A stretch of 64,000 nt of DNA, from positions 61,072,001 to 61,136,000 of the forward strand of contig CM052817.1 of NCBI GenBank assembly GCA_028534125.1. The letters are read 5' to 3'. Numbering within the stretch: position 1 is the first letter of the stretch; each line of letters starts with the position of its first letter. The notes under the pieces were generated by a model, which worked only from the letters and a program-made list of their open reading frames with translations, had not been told where the DNA came from and searched no databases. Below are positions 52,899-64,000 of this stretch, piece after piece. The stretch comes from Lama glama. Lineage: Eukaryota. The position numbers were made by a program, and so were the translations under genes.

Positions 52899-55800
52899 TC
52901 AGCTAACACCTTACTAGCAAAATGCAAGAACTATTCAAGAAAAGTAATCATAAAGAAGGAAAAATAAAGTGCTGAAGCACATAAAAGTCATAAAGACAAA
53001 CTTTTCCTACTACTCTCTCTTTCTGGGATCAGTCTTGGCACCCACATAAAATTCTCTCTCTCTGGATTCCTTTCTGTTGTACTCTGAACAATGATCTCAT
53101 GTCATCTTTGGCATATGTGCATAGGTTACTGATTTGTTCTATCTCCCTGTTGCCAAACAATAGGAAGAGTAGAGAGAGTTGAGTTGCAATGTCTTAGATC
53201 TACGAATGGGACCATTTGGGAAGGCAGTTTTCCTGTGGAACCTGTCTTCTCTGACTGAAACCTTTTCAATGAGACTGTTCATTCCTGACCTCCTGCCCTC
53301 TTGACACTGATCTGTCCTAAAGAGGGTGCCAATATATTGTCTGTCAAATTTATATTAGAAAGCCATAACATAAGGTCCCTATTTCTACATTGCACACAAT
53401 GCTTTATGTCAAAGTTTGATAAACATGAAATCACATTTTCAAAGGTTAAAAAACAAGTGTCAGTCAGTCAAAAACAGTTGACCACTGTGAGTGTCTCACT
53501 GGTTGACCTTGAACTCTTCCAGGACTCTGAGGTCAATGATATGTCATTAGAGGAGGAATTTCTTATAGATTTATGATAAGCTCACTTCTTTGACTATGAT
53601 CTTGACATTCAAAAAAATTTTAAGTTGTCCCATCTTCAAACACCTACCTAGTGAATGAAAACATATAGCTATAAAGGCACCAATCGCTCTTTCAATTGTG
53701 TAATGAACTAACAATTTTCATACAATGAAAATTGATGTTAATAGGAGTTATACATGCATATCTATGAGACAAAGAACCCTAAGTTTCAACAGAATCTAAG
53801 ACAATAAAAGAGGTGAGAAGGTAGAAGAAAAACAAAAATTTAGTATTTACCACAAACTCCATTTCCACCTCAATTTAATTATATTAATAGAAGAAAGTTA
53901 GCAGGTAGAATTATGTAAGCATTTTCAAAGGTCTGAAAGACTTGTGAAGTTCACCTTTTATTATTATATTATGGCTATGGTATACCATTTAAATAGCACT
54001 CTTAGATTTCTACTATGCCACACAGATAAAGCAATTAATGCTATCCAAAGACTGTCAGGGTCAGTTTTCAATATAAAATACTGAAGGATTAAATAGAACC
54101 CAAGACAAGGTTACTCTGTTTAGATAGTAGAAGGTGTCATATTCAGTTCTTAATTACTCTCAAAATGTAGTTCTTTCCTAGAAATACTGTTATATTTGCT
54201 AGTCTGCCTTTGTTTGATTTTGACTACCTGAAAGAGAGAGAAGAAAGACATTAATTTGCATTTCCCTTTCTTTAGTTTCTCCAATATCAAAGTTAAGAAC
54301 AATCAGAGAGATTTTTAATGAATGGCAAGGATCTGTTGCAGACACAGATGATTATGACAAACATCCTTTTATTTTTTCATTCTTTGAACATTAATAGTTA
54401 TTTTATTATCATCCTTCCAACAATGCAGAGTGGACATAAAATACATCTTGTAACTTCTCAACCATGATTTAAAAGAAAGTGATAGCCACTTGACTATTCT
54501 GCAGAAGTACAAGGGCATAAATATAGGTTGCTTTCCCTAAATATTTACTAAGCTATGTGTATCAAGTGTTTTCAACTATGTGGTATTCTGTACTGTCTTT
54601 TCATATCAGATGAAGTGTGACTAAAAATAACACTGGACAGCTTTATTATTGTGTAGCAAACACTGTTCTTTAACCCATTTGAGTTTCCAACTCAGATAAT
54701 CAAATTCATTACACTTTAGTGTTGTCTATGTGTATTTCCTTACTGCTGTTTGTGAAGACTGAAGTAAAGATGGTCACTGAAGGGAAGACAGCCTTAAACC
54801 CTATACTTAGTAACTTTAAACTCACATCTACTTGCAAAAGAAATACATGACAGATCTATTGTTCTGTATTAGCAGGACATTGTCCCAGTATATGAACACA
54901 TGCAAACTACTCAGGAAGGCCTTTGAATATTTAAGGCAAGACACTAGTGGCTCATCCCAGTGGGAACCACAGAAAAGGGGAACCTGATTAAATTTAATGT
55001 CATTGTCACTTTTTTTTCATTGCGAAGAATTATATAGGTAGCCATAGCTACCACACTGTTCAGACAGCATGACCACAATATTCCCCTCAGAGGTTGGCGT
55101 CAAGGACTGAATTATTCACTTAAAGAATGTGATTCATTGCTGGATGTGGTTCTTACAAGATTAAAAGAGTCATCAGTATATAAAATGTACATACATACTC
55201 TAGGGGCAAAAGTAACACAAACCACTGCCATCTTTTGATCACTGATTAAGCTTTGCAAGAATAATCTAAAATTATTATTTTAAAATTAAAAACTATAAAT
55301 ATTTATTTTTTGCATATAACTTAGACTTTGAACCTAGGTCTCTCATATTTTTAATTTAAAAAATCATTTTGAAATTAAAAAGGTTTCATAGAAATTGTTG
55401 AAAGAGTTTAGAACATGATCCTTTCATTTCCTATTCTTTGAAAGGGAAGCCATTGAATCAATATTTAATTATGCAGCTCTATGGTGTGCAATATCTCTGG
55501 GTAAAACCTGCTAATTCACAAAAGATTGCTTGTTCAGCATCAGCAAAAAAGCATTATAATAATCTTAACGTTTACCATGTATGTTGTCCCTTATTGAAAT
55601 GTAATGTCTCTCAAGTCTCTAAATTTAGAATTTTCCTTGTCTTGGGTAAATATTTTCAAATGCACAGAATCATTTCCAAACGCATATTTCACCTAGTTAA
55701 GTCAAATAAATATGTTTTTTAAGTAAGACAGTTGAAAATTAAAACTTCAGATAGATTTCACTTACTCATCTAAATAAATATCTCAGAAGAAAACATGCTG

Positions 55801-57679
55801 TTACTTAGCCATCTATGTTAAATTTCTTATCTCTTTTACTAACGTAAAAAAGCTATTTAAAAGGCTATATGAAAGTAAATGCCAGCTGCTGCATAAAGTA
55901 GTCTACCAAGGAAGTAATTGGCGGCCTTTGATAAACTCAGGGGACTAGTAACAAGCTTTCACGTGCAGAATGTCAGTTCATCAGTTCAAACTCAGTCCAT
56001 ACAGGCCTGACTGAGGGCCAGGCCACCTGAGCGTCACTCACTGGAGTTTATAATATGAACTGGAGGCAGACTTTGTCTGATTAATGGTGGACACAAGTCT
56101 ACAACCCAGCACCCACCATCATAATTGGCTCCCTCGTTTGAAGTCTCAGGAGACTGAATGGGCAATGGAATTTGAACTACCAACTCATTCTGGTCTCACC
56201 AGGGAAAGCTGAAGGCTCCCTGGTGGGGCTACTTGGAGAAGCTAGTAATGTTGCTATTGTGCCTTAGACCTTTCCAATAGATAAATAGAGAGCTTTCCTC
56301 GGTACAAGTACACACTTCAACATCTTTAATACACCAAACAATTCATTCTGCGTATGCAGGGTTAAAGTAACGTTCTTTTATGACTGCCTTCAAAATAAAA
56401 ATGTAAATGAGCTTCTTTATTTGTTTCAATCTACTTGGTAACAATATTTCTAGAGAATATTAATTGTATTACAAAGAACTTGACTTGAATTCTAAGTAAA
56501 ACCTAAACACATTATCTACTAGAAAAATTTTATTTACTGAAATAAAATCACACCTAGAGTTTTTTTTAAGATAATCTTATTCCACAGTATGAAAATATGC
56601 TGATTCAAATTCAGAGATCATAATTTCTTCCTATTAAAAAATTCTTAAAAAATAAAATAAAATAAATTCTATGTAAATTCTATACATTGATTACTTAAAT
56701 TAGATGCCTACAGAGATACCACTTTATTGAGAGTTGGGTTGATTACCATGGAATTTATGAGAAGACAACTGTAAGCAGAGGAAGCTTTGGAGATGCAATT
56801 TTGCCCCTGAAATACCAAGGGATATTTTCCTCGGTGAAATGTTAAACAATGTGCCTTCAACAATAAACTGACAATGCCTTTCCTGAGGCTTGTGGTGTGG
56901 TCACGGTGTTGATCTTGTCTTTTCTTCTTAATGTGCTCCCATACCAGAGACACTACAATGGTCATTCACAAAAACTACAGTATGGAGAAGTTTAAGATGC
57001 TTCTTCTGTAATGTTTCTTTCTTCTATCTGCAGCTGTGGAGTTACAGCTGGTGTCTTGGGTTTATTTTTTTTCCTTCTTCTTTTTTCTTTTTTCCTTTTT
57101 TAGTTACCTGAATGGATTTCCGCTTCTTAACTGTACCAGCTTGCCATGGCATTTATTATGCTGATAGGTTCAATCAGAATATTTTAGTGTCCTTTGGCTT
57201 CTGAGTTACCTTTCACTCTTTAAACAGTTTTAAAGCAAGTTTTGTTAATGTTGAAAATTTTATTATTTAATGTCATCAGTTCTATTCTTTTATAATTATC
57301 TGAATCTCTCTCATAATAAAATGACAAATAGTTGCAAACAAAAACGATGAAAAATATTTAACAAAGATCTATATGAAAGGGATTTTTCTTTCTAAATGGC
57401 TATCAACAGAAATTATTAAAAATGAAATTACAGTTTCAGTTGAATTAATTTTCCAATATTGCATCTGTAAATGTTTATGACATTTACAGAAATGAACAAA
57501 AATAAGGCAGAAAATAACTAAAATTAGGCTCTCTGTTTCTTAATCTACATTTTCTCTAGGACTAATGATTGAAAAGACTCAATCCAAGGTCACTACCAGG
57601 ATTGCCCAAACCAGATATTAAAACACCACAAACTTGTGTCTTACTGACTCTGTGATTTGCATGCTTGTAACAACAATAT

Positions 57680-57915
57680 CAAATATTTATGATGCCCTAC
57701 TATGTACCAGGCTCCATACACAGTACTTTACATTATCATATTAAATTAATTCTCACATTATCAAACCTATGAAGTGGGTACAAATATGCTCAATACATAA
57801 ATGAGGAAATTGGTGATTAGATAGGCTAAGTAAATTGCCTAAAGTGTGTGATGATCTACACCTATTTGAACTCGTACTGCTTGAGTTTAAAATTCTTGCT
57901 CTTAAATGCTGCGTT
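57680..57915 (-). mobile_element. MIR SINE
   Basis: cctactatgtaccaggc...cctatgaagtgggta...aaatgaggaaattgg...aagtaaattgcctaaag. Confidence 0.75.
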
Positions 57916-58151
57916 ATACAGCGTTGGCATATTTATGTACACAATCGGATATTCATCAAATGTGGATTTTTTGATATACTGTTATTCAAATGTTATCCCT
58001 TGGAGGATATCCCTTGGAATTTCTTAATATTGGGAATTGATTTCTGTTGACAAACTTAATACTTATCAGATATGTGACCCTGGGTATGTCATTGTTATCT
58101 CTATGAATCTCAACTTTCTCATCGCAAATGAACTAGACAGGTTTCTAAAGT

Positions 58152-58782
58152 CTGTATCATTAGCTTCTACTGAATAACAAACTATTCCAAAACTTTGTGC
58201 TTTCAAACACTAATCTTGTATTAGCTTATGATTTTGGGGGTGAAAAATCTGAGTTGAGCTCAGATGATGGTTCTTCTGCTGGACTGGGCTGGGTTCAATC
58301 ATGTCTCTATCCAGGGAGTTTGCCTGGGAGTGAGGAGGTTCCTAGAACATGGGATTTTCAGTGCTAAAATTGGGAAAGTTCCAGGCAAACCAGATTGAGT
58401 TGGCCATACTACATGTATCTGTGGTCAGGTGGCATTCAAGTTTCCATGCACATGTGTAGAGACTGGCTGGTTATCAACTGATGCAAGAAGGTAAGTGAGC
58501 CACAAATCTGACCATCCTGCCAGGTTCATTCACATCATGGTGGATATAGGATTCTCATGATCAGCAAAAGAGGCAAATCCCAATAAACAAAGTCCCTATT
58601 TGTATTACATTTGCTACTCTCCCATTGTTCAAAGCAAGTCATATGGCTCAGATTCAAATAATGAAGAAACAGATTCCACTTCTCTATGGAAGGCTATACA
58701 AAGTCACAGCCTTTTGTAAAAGAAAAACAGATATATAGAGGGACAGAACTTGTAACCAGTAATCATTTTGCCATCTACTGCA
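58152..58782 (-). mobile_element. MaLR LTR (MLT1G/H-like)
   Basis: aataacaaactattccaaaact...cccattgttcaaagcaagtcatatggc...cattttgccatctactgca. Confidence 0.7.
58308..58411. mobile_element. MER81-like hAT (Blackjack) MITE nested in the MLT1 LTR
   Basis: tttgcctggga...ttttcagtgctaaaattgggaaagttccaggcaaaccagattgagttggccatacta; 8-bp TSD catgtctc / catgtatc. Confidence 0.75.
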
Positions 58783-59549
58783 AGATCATTTCCTGCCTTG
58801 AAATCAAGATTTCTGTGCTCATCAACATGCTCGATCTAAAAACATCCATGGGAGTAACAGAAGTTATACTCTCTCTGTGGCTACACTGCCCTGAGTAAAC
58901 AATAGGGTTTGTTAACTTGTCCCAGGAATGCTTATCCCACTCGATGAGTTTGCTTGGACCCCTGAAGTCAAGGGAATTCTTAAGACAAGGATTAAATTTG
59001 CAGTGATGACCTTTATATCATCTTTCTTTTCTTAACTTCTGTTAACAGATGAAGTATGAAATGATACTCAAAACTGGGATTATATACTCTAAGTAGCATT
59101 TCTGTGTAGTTTTAGCTGTGTGTTAAAAGGCTCCCAAAAGGGTCAGTGACTAAGAGTGTCTAAAGAGTGCCTAAGCTGAGGGTAACCTAACAATAATTGT
59201 TTCTCAAATTAGAAAGATCTTTGTGAAAGAAAGGAGGAAAAAGGAAGGAAAAGAAAATAAGTTTTTCATACAAGAAAATATATTGAATTATTTTTATAAA
59301 TAGGGTATAAGTATACATGTTCCATAGTCATACATGTATACACTTTTATATATTGTATATATAACATGTATCTTCTTTTTACCTTTATCTTGTATTTGTC
59401 TTGTAACTTATTTGTAATACAGGAGTCATACAAATAATGCAAATGAGTGAAATTAGAGAAGTAACTTGGTACATTAAAAAAACAAAGAATGGAGAAGAAT
59501 ATAGCAGAATGGAAGCATTTGTCCCATTTAGAAGACAAAACTATCAGCA

Positions 59550-59660
59550 GGAAGGGTATAGCTTGATGATAGACTGCATGTCTAGCATGCACAAGGTCCT
59601 GGGTTCAATCCCCAGTACCTCCATTAAAAGAATAAATAAATAAACCTAATTACCACCCCA
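59550..59660 (+). mobile_element. tRNA-derived SINE, camelid Vic-1-like
   Basis: ggaagggtatagcttgatgatagactgcatgtctagcatgcacaaggtcctgggttcaatccccagtacctcc with A-rich tail. Confidence 0.88.
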
Positions 59661-59674
59661 AATATAACAGCATG

Positions 59675-60303
59675 GTATATTTGTTATCAATTTCTATGTT
59701 ACTATTACCACAAATTTAACAGCTTAAAACAACACATTTATTATCTCATCATTGCTGTAGTTTAGAAGTCCAGCATGGTGCAGCTGGTTCTCGGTTCAAC
59801 ATCTCCCTAGGCTGAAAACAAGGCATTGGCAAGGGCTACAATCTCATTTAAGGTTCAGGGTGCTTTTCCAAGCCTCCTGGTTATTAGCAGAATTCAGTTC
59901 CTTGCTACTGTAGAATTGAAGTCCTGTTTTCTTCTGGCTATCATATGGAATCACTCTCAGCAACGAGAGGCATCCTACAGTTGCCTGACGTATGCTCCGC
60001 TCCACAGCATGGCAGTGTGCTTTTTCAGAGCCAGAAGGAAAATCCCTCCAACTCTTTTAAGAGCTCACCTGATTAGGTCAGACTCACCTCAAATAATTTC
60101 TCTTTTGAGTAATTCAAGTCAGTTGACGAGAGACCTTAATTATAACTGCAAAACCCTTCTGACATATAATAAACACAATCACAGGAGTGCCATTCCATCA
60201 TATTCCCAGATTCCACTCATGTACAAGGGGAAGAGATTACTCAGCATGTGTACATCAGGGGGTGAAAAGTCTTGAGGGCCATCTTAGAATTCTGCCTAGC
60301 ACT
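59675..60303 (-). mobile_element. MaLR LTR (MLT1E/F-like)
   Basis: ttaccacaaatttaacagcttaaaacaacac...gcagaattcagttccttgc...gggccatcttagaattctgcctagcac. Confidence 0.85.
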
Positions 60304-61539
60304 TACAGGAAACACTAGAGAATTCTGATCCTCTAGATTAATACAGAACATGTTTGGTGCCCCGATCCTCCAAAAAGTTACCTTTATCAAGTCATACTAC
60401 TTCTATTCTTTTGTTGTGTCATTTTCCTTAAATGAAAAATGATCTAAGACACAGTCTTTTAAAAACTATTTCCTGTTTTGTAGAAATAATGAAATTATTG
60501 TCCAAACTAAACTCTATGGTCCCTTTAGGGAACTCCATGTGAGAAATTTATTTTAAAGTTTACTAGGAGAGATTCTGCTTTCCCTGAAGTAAAAAAAAAT
60601 TTTTTTCTCTCTTACACTAGAAATACATAATTGTGTTTATCTGTCTTTTCTTTTGGCTGCCAAGAATTTATAGCCAGATTTAAATGGGCCTTTATTCTCT
60701 ATACAGTGTATTCATTTAATATAATTTTGTATTAATATTTTTCTAGTCTGATTGTAATTCTTAATTTTATACATTTAATGTTTTTGTTGTGGTCATCACA
60801 AATCAAAGAGGACACACATGACAAAAATATAGATTAGATAGATGAACAGAGGGCAGAAAAATAATAAAAGTAAATGGAATAAATAAGTAATGATAAGAGA
60901 GACAAAATAAAGATCATGCATTCTTATTTTTCAAACTACCTATTCAATTCCATAAACGTATATATCTGTCATTGTGCCAATATTTTACCATTTTATTTTA
61001 ACAGCATTATAGCATAACTTTTTGGTCTAGCAGGGTCTTATTTTCACATGGATGTAGTTCTTTTGCCAAAAAATTCAGTGATAAAATCAACAATAATAAA
61101 TTATTTTAATATTAGTACTTAATGTTCACTAATGAATCCTCTTTTTTCTCTCAATTTTCTACTTTCTTTTAACATGCCGAGTCTGATGCCTTATAAATGC
61201 AATATTACCAAAGTTTTAGAGGTAGAGTTCTATTCTTGCTTACACTCATTTTTCTCTATATGCATTAGATCACTTTTAAATGCACAAGGTCACTTATTTC
61301 TCATACAGAATACTTCTATGTTGCATTTACACAACCATATTCACTTGGCATTAGACTCCATTCTTTTGTCACATGTACATTGTCCACCTCATCAGAGTAA
61401 AAAGTTGTAGGCAAAAAAAAAAAAAGACTTAGTTCAAATAACTATAATTTATTTTATTTTAAAATTTATTTTTATACCCTCTTAAAATTTAAAACTATAA
61501 TAATTTATAATTATTAATAATTAAAATAGATTATATAGA

Positions 61540-62125
61540 CCATCAGGGTGACTATTTCAACTGTGACTGTACCCCCAAGTGTTCCAAAATTAAGAGTTAT
61601 TTCCTAATAATGATTTAAGAAGAATATTGAAGTCATTACAAATCTAAGATTCTGAAATATTCCCAATGAACTAAAATATTTACTCCCACTTCACAAAAAT
61701 AGCTTATTTCATGTCTGTGGCAGGGAAAGTACAGAAGGTGAGTCTGGAACATTCTGTGCCAGAAAGCAAGGAAGTGTTCAAAGAATAATGGATTTATGTC
61801 AAAAGGACACAATTGCCAGCTTGAAGAGTCTCCCATTGGCCAAATTTGACACAATATGTGCATCAGAAATAATTGTAACAAATATAATAGAGAAAAAAAT
61901 TTGAGTCCATAATGTAACTCAAAACGAAGGAAGAGGTGGGGCCAGTGGAGATGGGACACACTAGTTTACAGAAGAGTGGCAAGAAACAAAGACAGAAGAA
62001 ATGATAGAAAAATCATTAAATGGTAAAATTAGGGAAGGGGAATATGGGTGTCCATTGAACTACTGTCTTAGTGTTTCTCTGGGTCAGAAAAATTTCAAAA
62101 TTAAAAAATAAATTAACAACTAAAA
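61540..62125 (+). mobile_element. L1MC4/5-like 3' UTR fragment
   Basis: gtggcagggaaagtacagaaggtgagtctggaacattctgtgccagaaagcaaggaagtg. Confidence 0.7.
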
Positions 62126-62545
62126 AAGTATATTTAGGGCCCAGAATCACATTTTGTTCTAGAAAAACAAATGATATTATTCCCTTTAGAGCTGCATATA
62201 GTTTAACTGATACCAATTCCAAAAAGACTAGGAAACAAAGAAACTCATTCTAAGATGCTGATAAGGATTTTGGAGTTTTCTTGAGCAGCAGATACTTACA
62301 TTGTAGCCAGATCTAAAACTTAAGGGAAGATCTGCTAAAGACTTAACTTCTGTATTTTAACCACTTTTGTACAAATATTATATAAAGTCTCTTTGTTGAT
62401 CCTACTGACTGGTGGGGTATGAAGGGAGGGCATGGGCAGGAAAGAGAGAGGGCAGAGAAAGGCATCCCCTGCCCCCAGGAAACTCAAAACGGCATCTGAG
62501 CACCCAAGATTTAGTCCTGTCTCATCTCCAAGATACAAAGGCCTT

Positions 62546-62606
62546 GTGCTGTACACCAGAAATTGACACAATATTGTAAACTGACTACAACTCAATTAAA
62601 AAAAAA
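62546..62606 (+). mobile_element. Extremely 5'-truncated young L1 (~60 bp)
   Basis: gtgctgtacaccagaaattgacacaatattgtaaactgactacaactcaatt plus poly-A; perfect 16-bp TSD aagatacaaaggcctt (62530-62545 / 62607-62622). Confidence 0.9.
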
Positions 62607-62764
62607 AAGATACAAAGGCCTTTATGAGTTTCTAAGTTCTTCCTATGCAAAGGCCTGAAACTGGGATGTGCATGCAAGTTAATAAATAGTATTTTATATA
62701 TTATGTATATTATTCTTCTAACAATTACAATTATTCAAATCATTACTAAGAAATTCCTTCTACA

Positions 62765-62962
62765 AACAGGTACAAACTACTGTGTATAAAATAAATAAGC
62801 TACAAGAATATATTGTATTGGATAAGGAATACAGCTAGAATTTTATAATAACTTGAAATGGAGTATAATCTATAAAAATTTTGAATCACTGTCTTATATA
62901 CCTGAAACTAATATAATATTGAAAATCAACTATACTTCAAATTTTTAAAAACCTAAAAAAAA
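62765..62962 (+). mobile_element. 5'-truncated L1 3' end (laurasiatherian-type)
   Basis: aggtacaaactactgtgtataaaataaataagctacaag...cctgaaactaatataatattgaaaatcaactatacttcaa; flanking attccttcta duplication. Confidence 0.8.
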
Positions 62963-64000
62963 AGTTATTCCTTCTATAATATATACATATCTATAGAAAA
63001 GCATTAACACCAACTTATTATGCCCCAACTTGAGTCCTTTTGTTTAGATATCTGTTAATACTTCTCTATTGTTTGAAGATTTGAACAATGAACATATTCT
63101 TCTACTGAAGTTCAAGTTCCTGAAAATCTTCTGGATTGCTCGAAGGAGAGTGCTCCTTTCTAAGACACACACCAGGCTGCTTCCTTACACCCTTCATCTC
63201 ATTTTCATCAGGATCCAAATACAAACACACTCCAATCTTTATCAACATGCATTAGTTTATCTTAGCTCTATCCCGGAAAAGGAATTCTGAGTACTTCATT
63301 TATTAATCTCCACAGTGATGCAAACCATATCCTCAATGCTCTGTTATGTTCACAGCCTGGCATTTTTTTAACTAGGGTGAATTCTGATACAGGTGCAACT
63401 TCCTTGAAAATGGAAGGGCCGAAGGTAAAGTTTGTCATTAAGGCAGAGTCTGTTTACTCATAGAATTCTAGGAAAATAAATTATAACACAAATTACACCA
63501 TCTTTACCATAGTAACATCATTCAGATGAGGGGAAAATTTTTTTTTGAGGACTTAGCCTCTGGGTTTCCTTGATGTATAAATAGCCCTTTGGCTTTCAGT
63601 GCATTCTCTTAAAGGTAACCATAAAGAAACTACAATTAACAGTAATTTGTTCTTAGAGCCGCTTTTACAAGGTGTCAAATATTATCTTGCTTTGTTTACT
63701 TGCACTCCTTTTACAAAGCCATGCTTTAGTTGATCTGTTTCTTCTAGCGTCCTTTGGAAAGTTATCACAAATAGTGTACATTTCCCAGTGAATGGAATCT
63801 TTAACAATGACGCTATTTTCATACACACAGAAAGAAACTACTAGAAAAAATGTGAAACAATAGGAATTTGTTTTGACAACCTCCTATCATATAGATTTTC
63901 TAGATTGACAATACAAAGCAGTTTCATTGATTTGTTTGTCACTTTTGTTGTTGTTTTTGCTTAGTATGGAGATATGTTTGGTTGTGGTTTTTTCCTCCCC

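Noticed and set aside
59826..60275. 149-aa ORF
   Set aside because: Lies wholly inside an MLT1 LTR and starts at TTG.
63095..63250. 48-aa minus-strand ORF (MLIKIGVCLYLDPDENEMKG...)
   Set aside because: Too short, with no homology I can recognise.
1..64000. CRISPR arrays, operons, CpG-island promoter, rRNA
   Set aside because: The sequence is mammalian, repeat-rich and CpG-depleted; I saw no regularly spaced repeats, long ORFs or CpG island.

Overview
AT-rich, CpG-poor mammalian genomic DNA with no protein-coding gene I can recognise, so probably intergenic or a large intron. Three tRNA-derived SINEs with the head GGGGAGGGTATAGCTCAGTGGTAGAG...GAGGTCCTGGGTTCAATCCCCAG, plus lineage-type L1 3' ends, suggest a camelid (alpaca or camel); this is inference. 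Roughly half the window looks like transposon relics: old and young L1, L2, MIR, MaLR/ERVL LTRs, Tigger, MER5A, MER81 and a mariner transposase remnant. A 500-N gap lies inside a young L1 whose target-site duplication (TSD) brackets the gap. The ORF track is essentially spurious or TE-derived. The most notable observations are: (1) a ~320-bp non-repetitive segment (29.88-30.21 kb) made of a near-continuous string of palindromes and stem-loops, including perfect 22-, 16- and 12-bp palindromes; (2) two tailless, 3'-truncated snRNA retrocopies (U2 and U6), each with a TSD, 3.6 kb apart; (3) a 21-bp-arm foldback hairpin inside an old L1; (4) motif-dense candidate enhancers. TE subfamily names come from recalled consensus motifs, and old-TE boundaries are approximate. 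I cannot demonstrate a novel biological system; the palindrome array is the best lead.
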